A stretch of 64,000 nt of DNA, from positions 9,029 through 73,028 of the IMG/VR virus record IMGVR_UViG_3300044733_000695; one strand, 5' to 3'. The first letter of the stretch is position 1, and each line of letters begins with the position of its first letter. Positions 9,567 to 22,410 of the stretch are shown piece by piece. The DNA is from a virus. A model generated the notes under the pieces. That model did no database searches. It was not told the origin of the DNA and saw only the letters and a list, made by a program, of their open reading frames with translations. The position numbers were made by a program, and so were the translations under genes.

Positions 9567-9983
9567 ATGGCTTTTTACCGAGGGCAGCAAGGCAGCGTCA
9601 AGTTTGACGACGGCGGCGCTACTGGCGTCACCATTGCCAGCACCCGCTCATGGTCTCTGACCGTTGAGAAGGAATCACTCGACACCACCGCGCTAGGCGC
9701 CACTTATCGCGCTAATGTCGGCGGCCTGATCAGCGGCAGCGGCACCGTCGAGGTGCTTTACACGGCCAGCAGCGCTGATGAGACGAACGCTTTTATCGAG
9801 CATGTCAACACGGCCACCGACGAAGGCGCAGCCCTGTTTGAGCTGTTCCTTGATACAAACGGCACTAAAAAGGTCAGCTTTGACGGTGTCATCACATCTG
9901 CCGAATATTCGGCTACCGTTGGCGAAATCGAAGTGATCACGGTCAACTTCGTTACCAACGGCGCCATTACCCTGGACATCTGA
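9567..9983 (+). CDS. Tail tube protein, copy 1
   Basis: RSWSLTVEKESLDTT...GGLISGSGTVE; paralogue of the next gene. Confidence 0.8.
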   Translation: MAFYRGQQGSVKFDDGGATGVTIASTRSWSLTVEKESLDTTALGATYRANVGGLISGSGTVEVLYTASSADETNAFIEHVNTATDEGAALFELFLDTNGTKKVSFDGVITSAEYSATVGEIEVITVNFVTNGAITLDI

Positions 9984-9985
9984 TC

Positions 9986-10405
9986 ATGGCTTTTTATCGC
10001 GGGCAACAGGGCACTGTCTTCTTTGATAAAGCTGGTGCAGGCGGCTTGTCTGAGATTGCTGCGGTCCGGTCTTGGACCATGACCGTCGAGAAGGAATCGC
10101 TTGACGTGACCGATCACGGCGACACCTACCGTGCCAACGTGGGTGGCTTGATCAGCGGTTCTGGCACCATTGAGCTGATGTATGACGCTCCAGGTTCTGG
10201 CGACAAGCTGGACCTGATCAAGGATGTCAATCAAGCCACCGATGAAGCTGATGCAGCGTTTGAGCTGTACCTCGATGAAACCGGCGGCAAAAAGATCACC
10301 GGCACGCTGGTGGTGACAGGTTCCGAGTATTCCGCTACTGTGGGCGAAATCGAGATTGTCTCGGTTAATTTCGTTACCTCCGGGGCACTGACCCTTAGCA
10401 TCTAA
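9986..10405 (+). CDS. Tail tube protein, copy 2
   Basis: Same MAFYRGQQG start and motifs as 9567-9983. Confidence 0.8.
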   Translation: MAFYRGQQGTVFFDKAGAGGLSEIAAVRSWTMTVEKESLDVTDHGDTYRANVGGLISGSGTIELMYDAPGSGDKLDLIKDVNQATDEADAAFELYLDETGGKKITGTLVVTGSEYSATVGEIEIVSVNFVTSGALTLSI

Positions 10406-10761
10406 TGCCTGCCGCCCAACGTCCGGTTGACCTGCTCACCGGAGCCTTTGACCTCAATCAAAGGCGCAAGTTTGAAGTGAAGACAGATGCTGGCGACGTG
10501 GTGATGGTGCTTTATTTCAAGCCCATCACCCGCGCTGACCGCAAAAAAGCATCTGCATTGACCGGCACTGATGAAGCGCTAGACGTTAGCACGCAGCTGC
10601 TATGTCAGATTGCTGAGCTTGAAAACGGCACCAAAGCGTTTGCACCGGCTGATGCGGCCAAGCTGCAACGCGAGCTGCCTGAGCGCGTCCTGAACGACCT
10701 AGAGCTGTTCTTGTTCGGCCTTGGTGATGGCGCAGGATTTGAAGAGGCAAAAAAAGACTAG
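10405..10761 (+). CDS. Tail assembly chaperone (gpG-like)
   Basis: Between tube and tape measure; ends in slippery A AAA AAA at 10749-10755. Confidence 0.8.
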   Translation: MPAAQRPVDLLTGAFDLNQRRKFEVKTDAGDVVMVLYFKPITRADRKKASALTGTDEALDVSTQLLCQIAELENGTKAFAPADAAKLQRELPERVLNDLELFLFGLGDGAGFEEAKKD

Positions 10762-10931
10762 AGGAAGACTCGTGGTTGTTCTTCGAGTTCTTCCTCGCAA
10801 CTGAGCTAGGCATGACGGTTAGCCGTTTGCGTACCGAGCTAACCGATGCAGAATTTACGCACTTTGCCGCATACTATGAGGTCAAGGGCAGACGCGAAAA
10901 AGCGGAAATGGATAAGGCCCGGCGGCGGTAG
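10755..10931 (+). CDS. Tail assembly chaperone -1 frameshift extension (gpT-like)
   Basis: -1 frame reads RLEEDSWLFFEFFLATELGMTVSRLRTELTDAEF...; classic G/GT arrangement. Confidence 0.75.
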   Translation, partial: RLEEDSWLFFEFFLATELGMTVSRLRTELTDAEFTHFAAYYEVKGRREKAEMDKARRR

Positions 10932-10956
10932 ACTGCCGCTATAGGGAGGTGTTGCC

Positions 10957-13050
10957 GTGGCCGTTTCGGTTGTTGATATTCAGGTAAACAGCCAGAGTGC
11001 TGTAAGGAATCTTCAGCAGGTTGGCGCAGCATCTAAAGCAGCACAGGCCGGCGTCAGTGGTTTAAAGGATGCTGTAACTGGCCTGCTTGGCGCATTTACG
11101 GCTGTCACTGCTGCCAAGTTTGTATTTGCCAAGACGGCAGAACTTGAATCACAAACCCGCAGCCTGCAGGTGCTGACGGGTAGCGCACAGCAAGCAAAGC
11201 AAATCATTCAAGAGCTGCAGCAGCTTGGTGCGGTAACGCCATTTACCAGCACTGAACTGATTGATGCAGCCAAGCGTCTGCAGGCTTTTGGCGTGCAGGC
11301 CAACAATGTTGTAGAAACCACCCGCAGGCTGGCCGACGCATCAGGTGCAACTGGTGCTGAGCTGCAGGGCCTGGTGACCGCCTACGGTCAGGTCCAAGCC
11401 AAGGGCAGGCTGCAAGGCGAAGAGCTGCTGCAGTTCCAAGAGCGTGGCATCGCGCTGCAGGAAGAGCTGCGCAAGATGTATGGGATGACCGGCGAGGAGT
11501 TCCAAAAGGCTCTAAGTAAAGGTCAGATCAGCGCTAAGGCTGTTGAGGTAGCACTGCAGCGGCTGACCAGTGCCGGCGGCAAATACGCCAATGGCGCTAT
11601 TGCGCAAAGCGATACGCTAAATGGCAAACTCAGCACCTTGCAAGATGGCGTCGATGCGCTAGCTCGACGGATTGGCACAGCGCTTACCCCAGCGCTAAAG
11701 GCCATTTTCAATCAAGCGATCGCAGTTGTTGATGCGATCAATGCTGCATTGTCTGCCGGCAGGGGGGGCGGCTTTACGAGGAGCGTTGCAGGCGCCCGTC
11801 AGTTTTTGAATATCGGCGCCACATCGCAAGCAGTCGACAATATCGCCAAAGGTGTTGGTCAGGTTGGATCTCAGAAAAATAAAACAGGCATTCAGCAGAA
11901 CCTGCAAGCATTGCAGCAATATCAGCGCCTGCTGCAAAGCGTTGGCCCTAATGATCCAAATGCAAATCGCGCTGTTCAGCTACAGGGCACAATTTTGCAA
12001 AAGATAAATCAGAATCTTGCGGCTCAAAAGCAACTGCAGGCAGGTGCAAAACAAACTGATAAATTATTTACCGCTCCGCCATTAGGTGCTGGCACAGGCG
12101 GCGCCGCAAAGGGTGGTGGCGGCAAGTCTGCTGACAAGCAAGCTAAAGAAATCAAAGACATCACAGCGCAAGAGCTTGAGTTGCGGTTGCGGCTTGGTAT
12201 TGCCCAGCGCACCCAGAACGAGCAGCAAGAGGCTTACTATAATAAGCAGCTTGCAATCCTACAGGCCAGTCAGCAGGAGATGGGGCCTAATGAACGCAAG
12301 GCGGCAATCTTTGAAGCAGTGGTGCAATATGCAGAGCGGCTGCGCACGATTGAAGATCAGCGCAACAAGGAAACGCTGCCTGAATACATCACCAAACTGA
12401 CAACCGCAGCATCTGGCTATGCCTCAGTGCTGGAATACTCCAAGCAGCTAACCGAAGAACAAAAGCGACAGCAGGCACTGGCTGACGGGATTAGCAATAC
12501 GGTTGGCCAAGGCATGACATCTGCCTTTAACGCATTGATTCAAGGCAGCCAAGATTTCAATAGCAGCCTGCGGCAGATTGCATCTGGCGTGTTGATCGAC
12601 ATTGCCAGCCAACTCCTGCAGGTATTTGTTATCCAAAAGGCCATCAATGCAATTAGCGGTTTGTTTGGCGGCAATCGCGGTGGCTTTGCATCAGGCGCCA
12701 GCTTCAACCCCGGCGCCTTCGGCATGGCATCAATCGTTCCTGGTCTAAGCGGCGTCGGCAATTTCTTTGGTGGCGCTAGAGCCAACGGCGGCAGCGTGAT
12801 GGGCGGCAAGGGCTACCTCGTTGGCGAGCGCGGTCCTGAGCTGTTTATGCCAGGCCGCAGCGGCGGCATCGCACCAACCGGCAGCTTTGGTGGCGGCGTT
12901 AATGTGGTAGTCAACGTAGACGCAAGCGGCACCAGCGTGGAAGGCAACGAGCCAAATTCCAATCAGATGGGTAGGATCATCGGTGCTGCAGTGCAGGCTG
13001 AGATCGTCAAGATGCAACGTCCTGGCGGTCTGCTGGCAGGTACACGCTGA
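10957..13050 (+). CDS. Tape measure protein, phage A
   Basis: 697 aa, Ala/Gln/Gly-rich; AYGQVQAKGRLQGEELLQ domain; GERGPELF C-terminal motif. Confidence 0.9.
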   Translation: MAVSVVDIQVNSQSAVRNLQQVGAASKAAQAGVSGLKDAVTGLLGAFTAVTAAKFVFAKTAELESQTRSLQVLTGSAQQAKQIIQELQQLGAVTPFTSTELIDAAKRLQAFGVQANNVVETTRRLADASGATGAELQGLVTAYGQVQAKGRLQGEELLQFQERGIALQEELRKMYGMTGEEFQKALSKGQISAKAVEVALQRLTSAGGKYANGAIAQSDTLNGKLSTLQDGVDALARRIGTALTPALKAIFNQAIAVVDAINAALSAGRGGGFTRSVAGARQFLNIGATSQAVDNIAKGVGQVGSQKNKTGIQQNLQALQQYQRLLQSVGPNDPNANRAVQLQGTILQKINQNLAAQKQLQAGAKQTDKLFTAPPLGAGTGGAAKGGGGKSADKQAKEIKDITAQELELRLRLGIAQRTQNEQQEAYYNKQLAILQASQQEMGPNERKAAIFEAVVQYAERLRTIEDQRNKETLPEYITKLTTAASGYASVLEYSKQLTEEQKRQQALADGISNTVGQGMTSAFNALIQGSQDFNSSLRQIASGVLIDIASQLLQVFVIQKAINAISGLFGGNRGGFASGASFNPGAFGMASIVPGLSGVGNFFGGARANGGSVMGGKGYLVGERGPELFMPGRSGGIAPTGSFGGGVNVVVNVDASGTSVEGNEPNSNQMGRIIGAAVQAEIVKMQRPGGLLAGTR

Positions 13051-13394
13051 TGGCTACGTTCCCTGCGATCACTGCAAGCTACGGCGCCGAAAAGCGCAGC
13101 GCTCCAACCGTGCGCACCGTGCAGTTTGGCGATGGCTACCAGCAGCGGCTGACCTACGGCCTGAACCAAAACCCTAAGGAGTGGTCCTTGACATGGAACA
13201 ACATCAGCGAGGCCAATGCGGATACTATTGAAGCCTTCCTTGATGCTCGCGCTGCTGATAGCGCTTCCTTTGACTGGACGCCGCCTGATGAGGTGACAGC
13301 ATACAAATGGATTTGTCCATCATGGAGCAAGTCCATAACGTACGCAGGACGGGCGACCATCAGTGCCACATTTCAGCAAGTGTTTGAGCCCTAA
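13050..13394 (+). CDS. Distal tail protein (lambda gpM-like)
   Basis: FGDGYQQR...SFDWTPP. Confidence 0.88.
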   Translation: MATFPAITASYGAEKRSAPTVRTVQFGDGYQQRLTYGLNQNPKEWSLTWNNISEANADTIEAFLDARAADSASFDWTPPDEVTAYKWICPSWSKSITYAGRATISATFQQVFEP

Positions 13395-14287
13395 TGGCAT
13401 ACGCAGCTTGGGCTAGCAGCACCGCCTACAGCGTTGGCGCAATTGTCCGCGCAACGTCCGTACAGGCCACAGGGCTTGTCTTTCGCTGCACTGTTGCAGG
13501 CACATCAGCTAGCACACAGCCTGCCTGGCCTACCGATATCGGCAGCACCATTGCAGATGGTGGCGTCACATGGGCAGCGATCAGTAGCGTCTACGAAGAA
13601 CTGTCGGTACTGGCGCCGAATGCCATCATCGAGCTGTTTGAGCTGCAGCTTGACACCACGTTGCATGGTGCAAGCACGACGTACTACTGGCATAACGGCG
13701 TCAATGCCAACGTGACTGGCGACATCGTTTTCAACAGCAATACCTACGTCAGGCTTCCGGTCAAGGCGGAGGGTTTTGACTACAGCAACACTGGCAGCCT
13801 GCCACGGCCAACGCTGACGATCAGCAACCTGACTGGTGATATCACAGCAATTCTGCTGCTGGTCAATGCGACGACGCCCGGCAATGACCTTGGTGGCGCC
13901 ACTGTCCGCAGGATCCGCACGCTGAAGAAGTTTCTAGACGGCGAGACCAATGCAGACCCCAATGCACGGTTTCCGACAGAGATCTGGTACGTCGATCGGA
14001 AGTCCAGCGAGAACCGCGATCTGGTGCAATTTGAGCTGGCTAGTAAGTTTGACCTTGCAGGCGTGATGCTGCCAAGGCGTCAGATCATTGCCAACGTGTG
14101 CCAGTGGCAGTACAGATCGGCAGAATGCGGCTACACCGGCAGCAACTACTGGAATGTCAACGATCAGGTGGTCGGCACCTTGGCGCAGGATGTATGCGGT
14201 AAGCGGCTTGGTAGCTGCCGATTGCGGTTTGGCTCCACTGCAGAACTGCCGTTCGGCTCATTCCCTGGTGCTGGTCTAACGCAATGA
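13394..14287 (+). CDS. Minor tail protein L with extra N-terminal module
   Basis: IIELFEL, LPRPTLTISN, Cys cluster CQWQYRSAEC...CGKRLGSCRLRF; about 65 aa extension absent from phage B L. Confidence 0.88.
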   Translation: MAYAAWASSTAYSVGAIVRATSVQATGLVFRCTVAGTSASTQPAWPTDIGSTIADGGVTWAAISSVYEELSVLAPNAIIELFELQLDTTLHGASTTYYWHNGVNANVTGDIVFNSNTYVRLPVKAEGFDYSNTGSLPRPTLTISNLTGDITAILLLVNATTPGNDLGGATVRRIRTLKKFLDGETNADPNARFPTEIWYVDRKSSENRDLVQFELASKFDLAGVMLPRRQIIANVCQWQYRSAECGYTGSNYWNVNDQVVGTLAQDVCGKRLGSCRLRFGSTAELPFGSFPGAGLTQ

Positions 14288-14997
14288 AGCTAGGCACAAC
14301 GCTGCAAACCGAGATCCTTGCCTACGCGCAGGCATGCGACCCCAAGGAAATGTGCGGGGTTGTTCATGTGGTCAAGGGCCGGAAGCGGTTTTACGCCTGC
14401 AGCAACATCGCCGCAACGCCTGATGAGCACTTCGTGTTGGACCCCGCCGACTATGCAGCGGCTGAAGATTTGGGCGAGGTCGTGGCGATCGTTCACAGCC
14501 ACCCTGTCACCAAGCCTGAGCCGTCAGATGCGGACCGTATCGGTTGCAATAGCAGCGGCCTGCCATGGGTGATCGTCAACCCCAAGACTGAGGAATGGGG
14601 CCAGTGCGAGCCGTCTGACTTTGAGCTGCCATATGTCGGGCGTGAGTTTGTCTTTGGCGTGGTGGATTGCTACAGCCTGTGCCGTGACTGGTATCAGCGT
14701 GAATGGGGTTTGGAGCTGGCTGACTTCCCGAGGCGTGATGGTTTCTGGGAGCGTGGTGAAAACCTGTACGTCGATGGGTACAAGTCTCAAGGCTTCCGGC
14801 GCGTGCCGTTTGATGAGTTGCGGTACGGCGACGCGATCTTGATGCAGCTTGGCGCTGACCTGCCTAATCACGGCGCCATTTACCTTGGTGACCAGCAGAT
14901 TTTGCATCATGTGCAGGGGCGGCTATCTAGTCGAGACGTGTACGGCGGCTACTATGTAAAGAGCACTGCCATGGTCCTGCGGCATGAAAGTCGTTAA
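14284..14997 (+). CDS. Tail tip assembly protein K (JAB + NlpC/P60)
   Basis: E-x-CG and HSHP...SDAD JAB motif; DCYSL...NHGAIY NlpC motif. Confidence 0.9.
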   Translation: MKLGTTLQTEILAYAQACDPKEMCGVVHVVKGRKRFYACSNIAATPDEHFVLDPADYAAAEDLGEVVAIVHSHPVTKPEPSDADRIGCNSSGLPWVIVNPKTEEWGQCEPSDFELPYVGREFVFGVVDCYSLCRDWYQREWGLELADFPRRDGFWERGENLYVDGYKSQGFRRVPFDELRYGDAILMQLGADLPNHGAIYLGDQQILHHVQGRLSSRDVYGGYYVKSTAMVLRHESR

Positions 14998-15624
14998 GGT
15001 CTACGGCGCCCTCCGCAAGTTCCTAGGTGGCCGCTGCCGTTTCGAGTTTGAAGTAGACACACCAGCGCAAGCAATTAAAGCGTTGTGTGTGAACTTTCCT
15101 GATCTTGAGCAGTGGCTGATTAAAAGCGATTGGGGTTATCGCGTCACGGTTGGCAAGGAGCGCATTGGGCCAGAGAATGCAGAGCTGGTCTGCCTGCCTT
15201 GGTCAGAGCGTGAGGTGTTCAGCATTGCTCCGGTAATCGCAGGTGCTGGTCAAGGTGTCGGGCAGGTTTTTGCAGGCATCGGTCTTGTCTTGGCTGCCAT
15301 TGTCCTTGGCCCTGCGGCTGGAGGTTTTCTAGGCTTGGGTGCAGGATTGGCTGGGGCTGGAGCCGGAATTATTGGTGGTGCTGCAGCCACGGCAATTGGC
15401 GGACTTGGTGCTGCGCTGTTACTTGGCGGCATCTCGCAGATGATTTCGCCGCAGCCCAACATCTCGCCGTTAGTGCGCGGCAAGGAAGCAGCCAGGCTTG
15501 AAAGCTTCAGCTTCAGCGGCATCAACAACACCAGCCAGCAGGGATTGCCGGTTCCGATCGCTTACGGTCGGGTCTTTGCTGGCTCAGCAGTCCTAAGCGC
15601 TGGCCTTGACGTTGATCAACTGAG

Positions 15625-15628
<4 letters not shown>
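14984..15628 (+). CDS. Tail assembly protein I (ubiquitin-like + Gly-rich hydrophobic segment)
   Basis: VKVYGAL...APVIAGAG; QGLPVPIAYG. Confidence 0.88.
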
Positions 15629-19440
<3,812 letters not shown>

Positions 19441-19468
19441 AGTGTAGACACTGCCTGTCTTGTAAGTT

Positions 19469-21184
19469 GTGGCTCAACACGATTACGTCATCGCGAACGG
19501 CACTGGTGCTGCTGTCCGCTCTGACCTGAACAACGCGCTGGCCGCGATCGTCAGCAACAACAGCGGCGCGACAGAGCCAGCAACGATGTATGCCTACCAG
19601 TGGTGGGCTGATACCAGCACCGGGCTGCTCAAGCTACGCAATGCTGCCAACAACGCTTGGATCACACTGAGAGAACTGGATGGCACGCTAACCATTGAGG
19701 CAGGTACGGTCTCGGCCCCTGGCTTGGCGTTCGCGTCGGACCTGAATACGGGCATCTATAGCCCAAGCGCTGATCAGCTTGCAATCGCAACCAACGGCGT
19801 CGAGCGCGTCGAATGGGGCACCAGCGAGGTGGTGTTCAACGATGGCGGCGCTAATTATGATTTCCGCATTGAAGGCGATACAAACTCTTCGCTTTTCTTT
19901 GTTGATGCGTCAGCAGAAGCGGTAGGGATTGGCACTGCTGCGCCTAGCTCCTTGGGAAGTAATGTAACAACGGTTGAAATCCAAGGACCTACAACTACAA
20001 GAAGTGGCGGGATTCGGCTGTCCTCTAGTGACAGTTCGCAGAAAAGCGCCTTTTATGTTTACGATGGCGCCGCAGTTCTTGGCACAGAAACTGCTCATCC
20101 TTTGGGTCTATACGTCAGCAACACTGAAAGATGCAGGGTCGATACATCAGGTCGTTTTTTAGTTAACACGTCTTCTAGCGTTCCGGTCCTTTCAACGGTC
20201 ACCGGAGCAGCAGTACAGGTCAATTCAAGTGCATTCGGATCTTACGCGCAAACTTGGTTTTATGGCGCAAATAACGAGTTTGCTCCAGTAATTATGCTGG
20301 CAAAAAGCAGAAATACCACCTACGGAAGTTATACAGTTGTCCAGAATAATGACCAGCTTGGAGGGCTTTGGTTTGCCGGTGATGACGGAACTGACTTAAA
20401 CCAGTCCGGCGCAAAAATTGAAGCCTTTGTAGACGGCACGCCCGGCAATAACGACATGCCGGGCAGGCTGGTCTTCAGCACTACCGCCGCCGGAGCGAGC
20501 AGCCCGACGGAGCGGATGAGGATAAACTCGTTTGGATCTATTGGTTTTGGATGTACTCCAGATGGTTCGGCGAGTACACTTGGCGTTCAAACAGGCGGCA
20601 GTGCTGGATGGTTAATAACAAAAAGAAATAGCAATCCTGCGTTGTTTGTCAACAGAGGCGTGGATGATGGTGACCTTGTATTGTTCTATCAAGCTGATGT
20701 TTCAGAAGGGTCTATCTCCGTCTCTGGCACCACCGTTAGCTACAACGGTGCTCACCTTTCCCGCTGGTCGCAGCTGCCTGGCGGCGCAACCCGCGAAGAA
20801 ATCTTACGCGGCACCGTGCTGAGCAACATCGACGAGATGTGCGCCTGGGGCGAGGAAGAAAACGAACAGCTCAACCGCATGAAAGTCTCAGATGTGGAAG
20901 GCGACCCCAACGTGGCCGGCGTGTTCCAAGCCTGGGATGACGACGACGACACCTACACCGACGACTTCTATTGCGCGATGACGGGTGACTTCATCATCCG
21001 CATTGCCGATGGCGTCACGGTGCAACGCGGTGATCTACTCATGTCCGCTGGTGATGGAACGGCCAAGCCCCAAGATGATGACATCATCCGCAGCAAGACC
21101 GTCGCCAAGGTGACTTCAACTCACGTCACCTGCACTTATGACGATGGCAGCTACTGCGTGCCCTGCGTGCTGATGGCTTGCTAA
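19469..21184 (+). CDS. Tail fibre protein, phage A
   Basis: HDYVIANGTGAAVRSDLNNAL N-terminus, ER(M/C)R(I/V) repeats, VPCVLMAC C-terminus. Confidence 0.85.
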   Translation: MAQHDYVIANGTGAAVRSDLNNALAAIVSNNSGATEPATMYAYQWWADTSTGLLKLRNAANNAWITLRELDGTLTIEAGTVSAPGLAFASDLNTGIYSPSADQLAIATNGVERVEWGTSEVVFNDGGANYDFRIEGDTNSSLFFVDASAEAVGIGTAAPSSLGSNVTTVEIQGPTTTRSGGIRLSSSDSSQKSAFYVYDGAAVLGTETAHPLGLYVSNTERCRVDTSGRFLVNTSSSVPVLSTVTGAAVQVNSSAFGSYAQTWFYGANNEFAPVIMLAKSRNTTYGSYTVVQNNDQLGGLWFAGDDGTDLNQSGAKIEAFVDGTPGNNDMPGRLVFSTTAAGASSPTERMRINSFGSIGFGCTPDGSASTLGVQTGGSAGWLITKRNSNPALFVNRGVDDGDLVLFYQADVSEGSISVSGTTVSYNGAHLSRWSQLPGGATREEILRGTVLSNIDEMCAWGEEENEQLNRMKVSDVEGDPNVAGVFQAWDDDDDTYTDDFYCAMTGDFIIRIADGVTVQRGDLLMSAGDGTAKPQDDDIIRSKTVAKVTSTHVTCTYDDGSYCVPCVLMAC

Positions 21185-21190
21185 GCCTCG

Positions 21191-21205
21191 TAGTCCTACT
21201 CACTA
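21191..21205. repeat. TAGTC-N5-CACTA site 1
   Basis: TAGTCCTACTCACTA, preceded by AAGCCTCG, 6 bp after the fibre stop. Confidence 0.85.
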
Positions 21206-21286
21206 ACGCAGATAGCCAGCCCAGCTTTATAGTGGTGGGGCAGCGAGTTTGCGGCTCCTGCCCCTGGCCACAGTTCCCTAGAAACC

Positions 21287-21643
21287 ATGACCCAAGAAGA
21301 CTACAGGTATCCCATTGCCCCGCCGCCGGAGCTGGTGCAGCAGTGGTACGACCAAGCCAAACAAGACCCATGTGGTCCAATTAACTGGGTTGCTGTCCGC
21401 GCCGCCCAATGGGGCGCCGACCAGGAGCTGGAGGTGTGCTGTGAGGCACTGGACAATTTGAATGATGGGTTCTGGAGTGAAAAACTCCGCGCCGCCCGCC
21501 GCCCCAAGCCGCAGAGCTTGAAGGAGCAGGCGTTACAAGCACTTTCTGAAGCCGTCAAAATGGCCGATGACGTCCCGCCAGAGGGGATTTGCTCAGGCCA
21601 AGCAGACATTATCCGCCACGCACTGGAGCAACTTGATGACTGA
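21287..21643 (+). CDS. Cassette gene, hypothetical
   Basis: PPPELVQQW...AAQWGADQELE...LRAARRPKP; upstream TATAGT and GGGGCAG/CTGCCCC hairpin. Confidence 0.75.
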   Translation: MTQEDYRYPIAPPPELVQQWYDQAKQDPCGPINWVAVRAAQWGADQELEVCCEALDNLNDGFWSEKLRAARRPKPQSLKEQALQALSEAVKMADDVPPEGICSGQADIIRHALEQLDD

Positions 21644-21713
21644 TTACCAGTCCACGGTACTTTCTGCCGTCTTGATTATTTTCATCATTATCGTTGATTG
21701 GCACTTCAAATGA
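21636..21713 (+). CDS. 25-aa hydrophobic peptide
   Basis: MTDYQSTVLSAVLIIFIIIVDWHFK; overlaps both neighbouring genes. Confidence 0.5.
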   Translation: MTDYQSTVLSAVLIIFIIIVDWHFK

Positions 21714-22030
21714 CTGACTTCCGAGAGCTGTGCGCCTGCATGGCTGACGAGCTTGATCATTACCGCCAGCTCCTAATGGATGATCGCCGCGAAACTCATG
21801 CGTTGGCGACCAAAGCCCGAGCCGCCCTAGCCCAGCCCGAGCCGGTGGCGCCTACGGATGAGGAGCTACTGGAGCTGATGCCTGAGACCATGCGGGATGA
21901 GTTTTCCTACGCGGCCAAGGTCTGCTCTGACGCAACCGGCGGCAAAGTCGAACCCGGCATCTTTCGCGTGGCGCTCAACACCGCTGCGCTGGAGTACGCC
22001 CAAGCTGTTTTGGCTCGTTACGCCCATTAG
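21710..22030 (+). CDS. Cassette gene, hypothetical
   Basis: MTDFRELC...RAALAQPEPVAPTDEEL...AVLARY; stop codon is the TAG of site 2. Confidence 0.75.
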   Translation: MTDFRELCACMADELDHYRQLLMDDRRETHALATKARAALAQPEPVAPTDEELLELMPETMRDEFSYAAKVCSDATGGKVEPGIFRVALNTAALEYAQAVLARYAH

Positions 22031-22042
22031 TCATTCCCACTA
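22028..22042. repeat. TAGTC-N5-CACTA site 2
   Basis: TAGTCATTCCCACTA. Confidence 0.85.
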
Positions 22043-22067
22043 AAACCTTTTTGTTGATGTCACCAAA

Positions 22068-22361
22068 ATGGTCCGAATCATTCGACAATGGTTATCGAAC
22101 CGCCGTGCTAGGCGTGTCCTGAATCAGCCCGCCCCGTGGGAACGGCAGCTCATCCCAAACATGGGTATGAGATACCGGCATGACTACGGGCTGCTGAATG
22201 AAGACGAACGCGCTGCCGTGGATCAGCAGATGCTTCAGCTTGCAGAGGAGGTGGTGACGTGGTTCCGTCGTGAGGCTGATAACCACCATCTCAGCGTTGG
22301 CGGCGCGATCCTGCGGTTCAAGGCATCCAACATCCTTGAAGACCACATCAAAGCCTCGTAG
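22068..22361 (+). CDS. Cassette gene, hypothetical
   Basis: 97 aa; fills the interval between sites 2 and 3; stop codon is the TAG of site 3. Confidence 0.7.
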   Translation: MVRIIRQWLSNRRARRVLNQPAPWERQLIPNMGMRYRHDYGLLNEDERAAVDQQMLQLAEEVVTWFRREADNHHLSVGGAILRFKASNILEDHIKAS

Positions 22362-22373
22362 TCACCTTCACTA
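22359..22373. repeat. TAGTC-N5-CACTA site 3
   Basis: TAGTCACCTTCACTA, preceded by AAGCCTCG as in site 1. Confidence 0.85.
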
Positions 22374-22410
22374 GACACCCGTCTTAGACTCCCACCAACC
22401 ACACAGCATC

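Noticed and set aside
10749-10755. Tail chaperone frameshifts (also 54450-54456) as a novelty
   Set aside because: Well-established G/GT mechanism; listed as features only
21648-21662. Degenerate fourth cassette site CAGTC-CACGG-TACTT
   Set aside because: Only 7/10 matches, and it lies inside an intact 25-aa ORF coupled to both neighbours; probably chance, though worth rechecking in alignments
21191-22373. CRISPR array
   Set aside because: Intervals are 837 and 331 bp and contain genes; the repeat is only 15 bp; no cas genes
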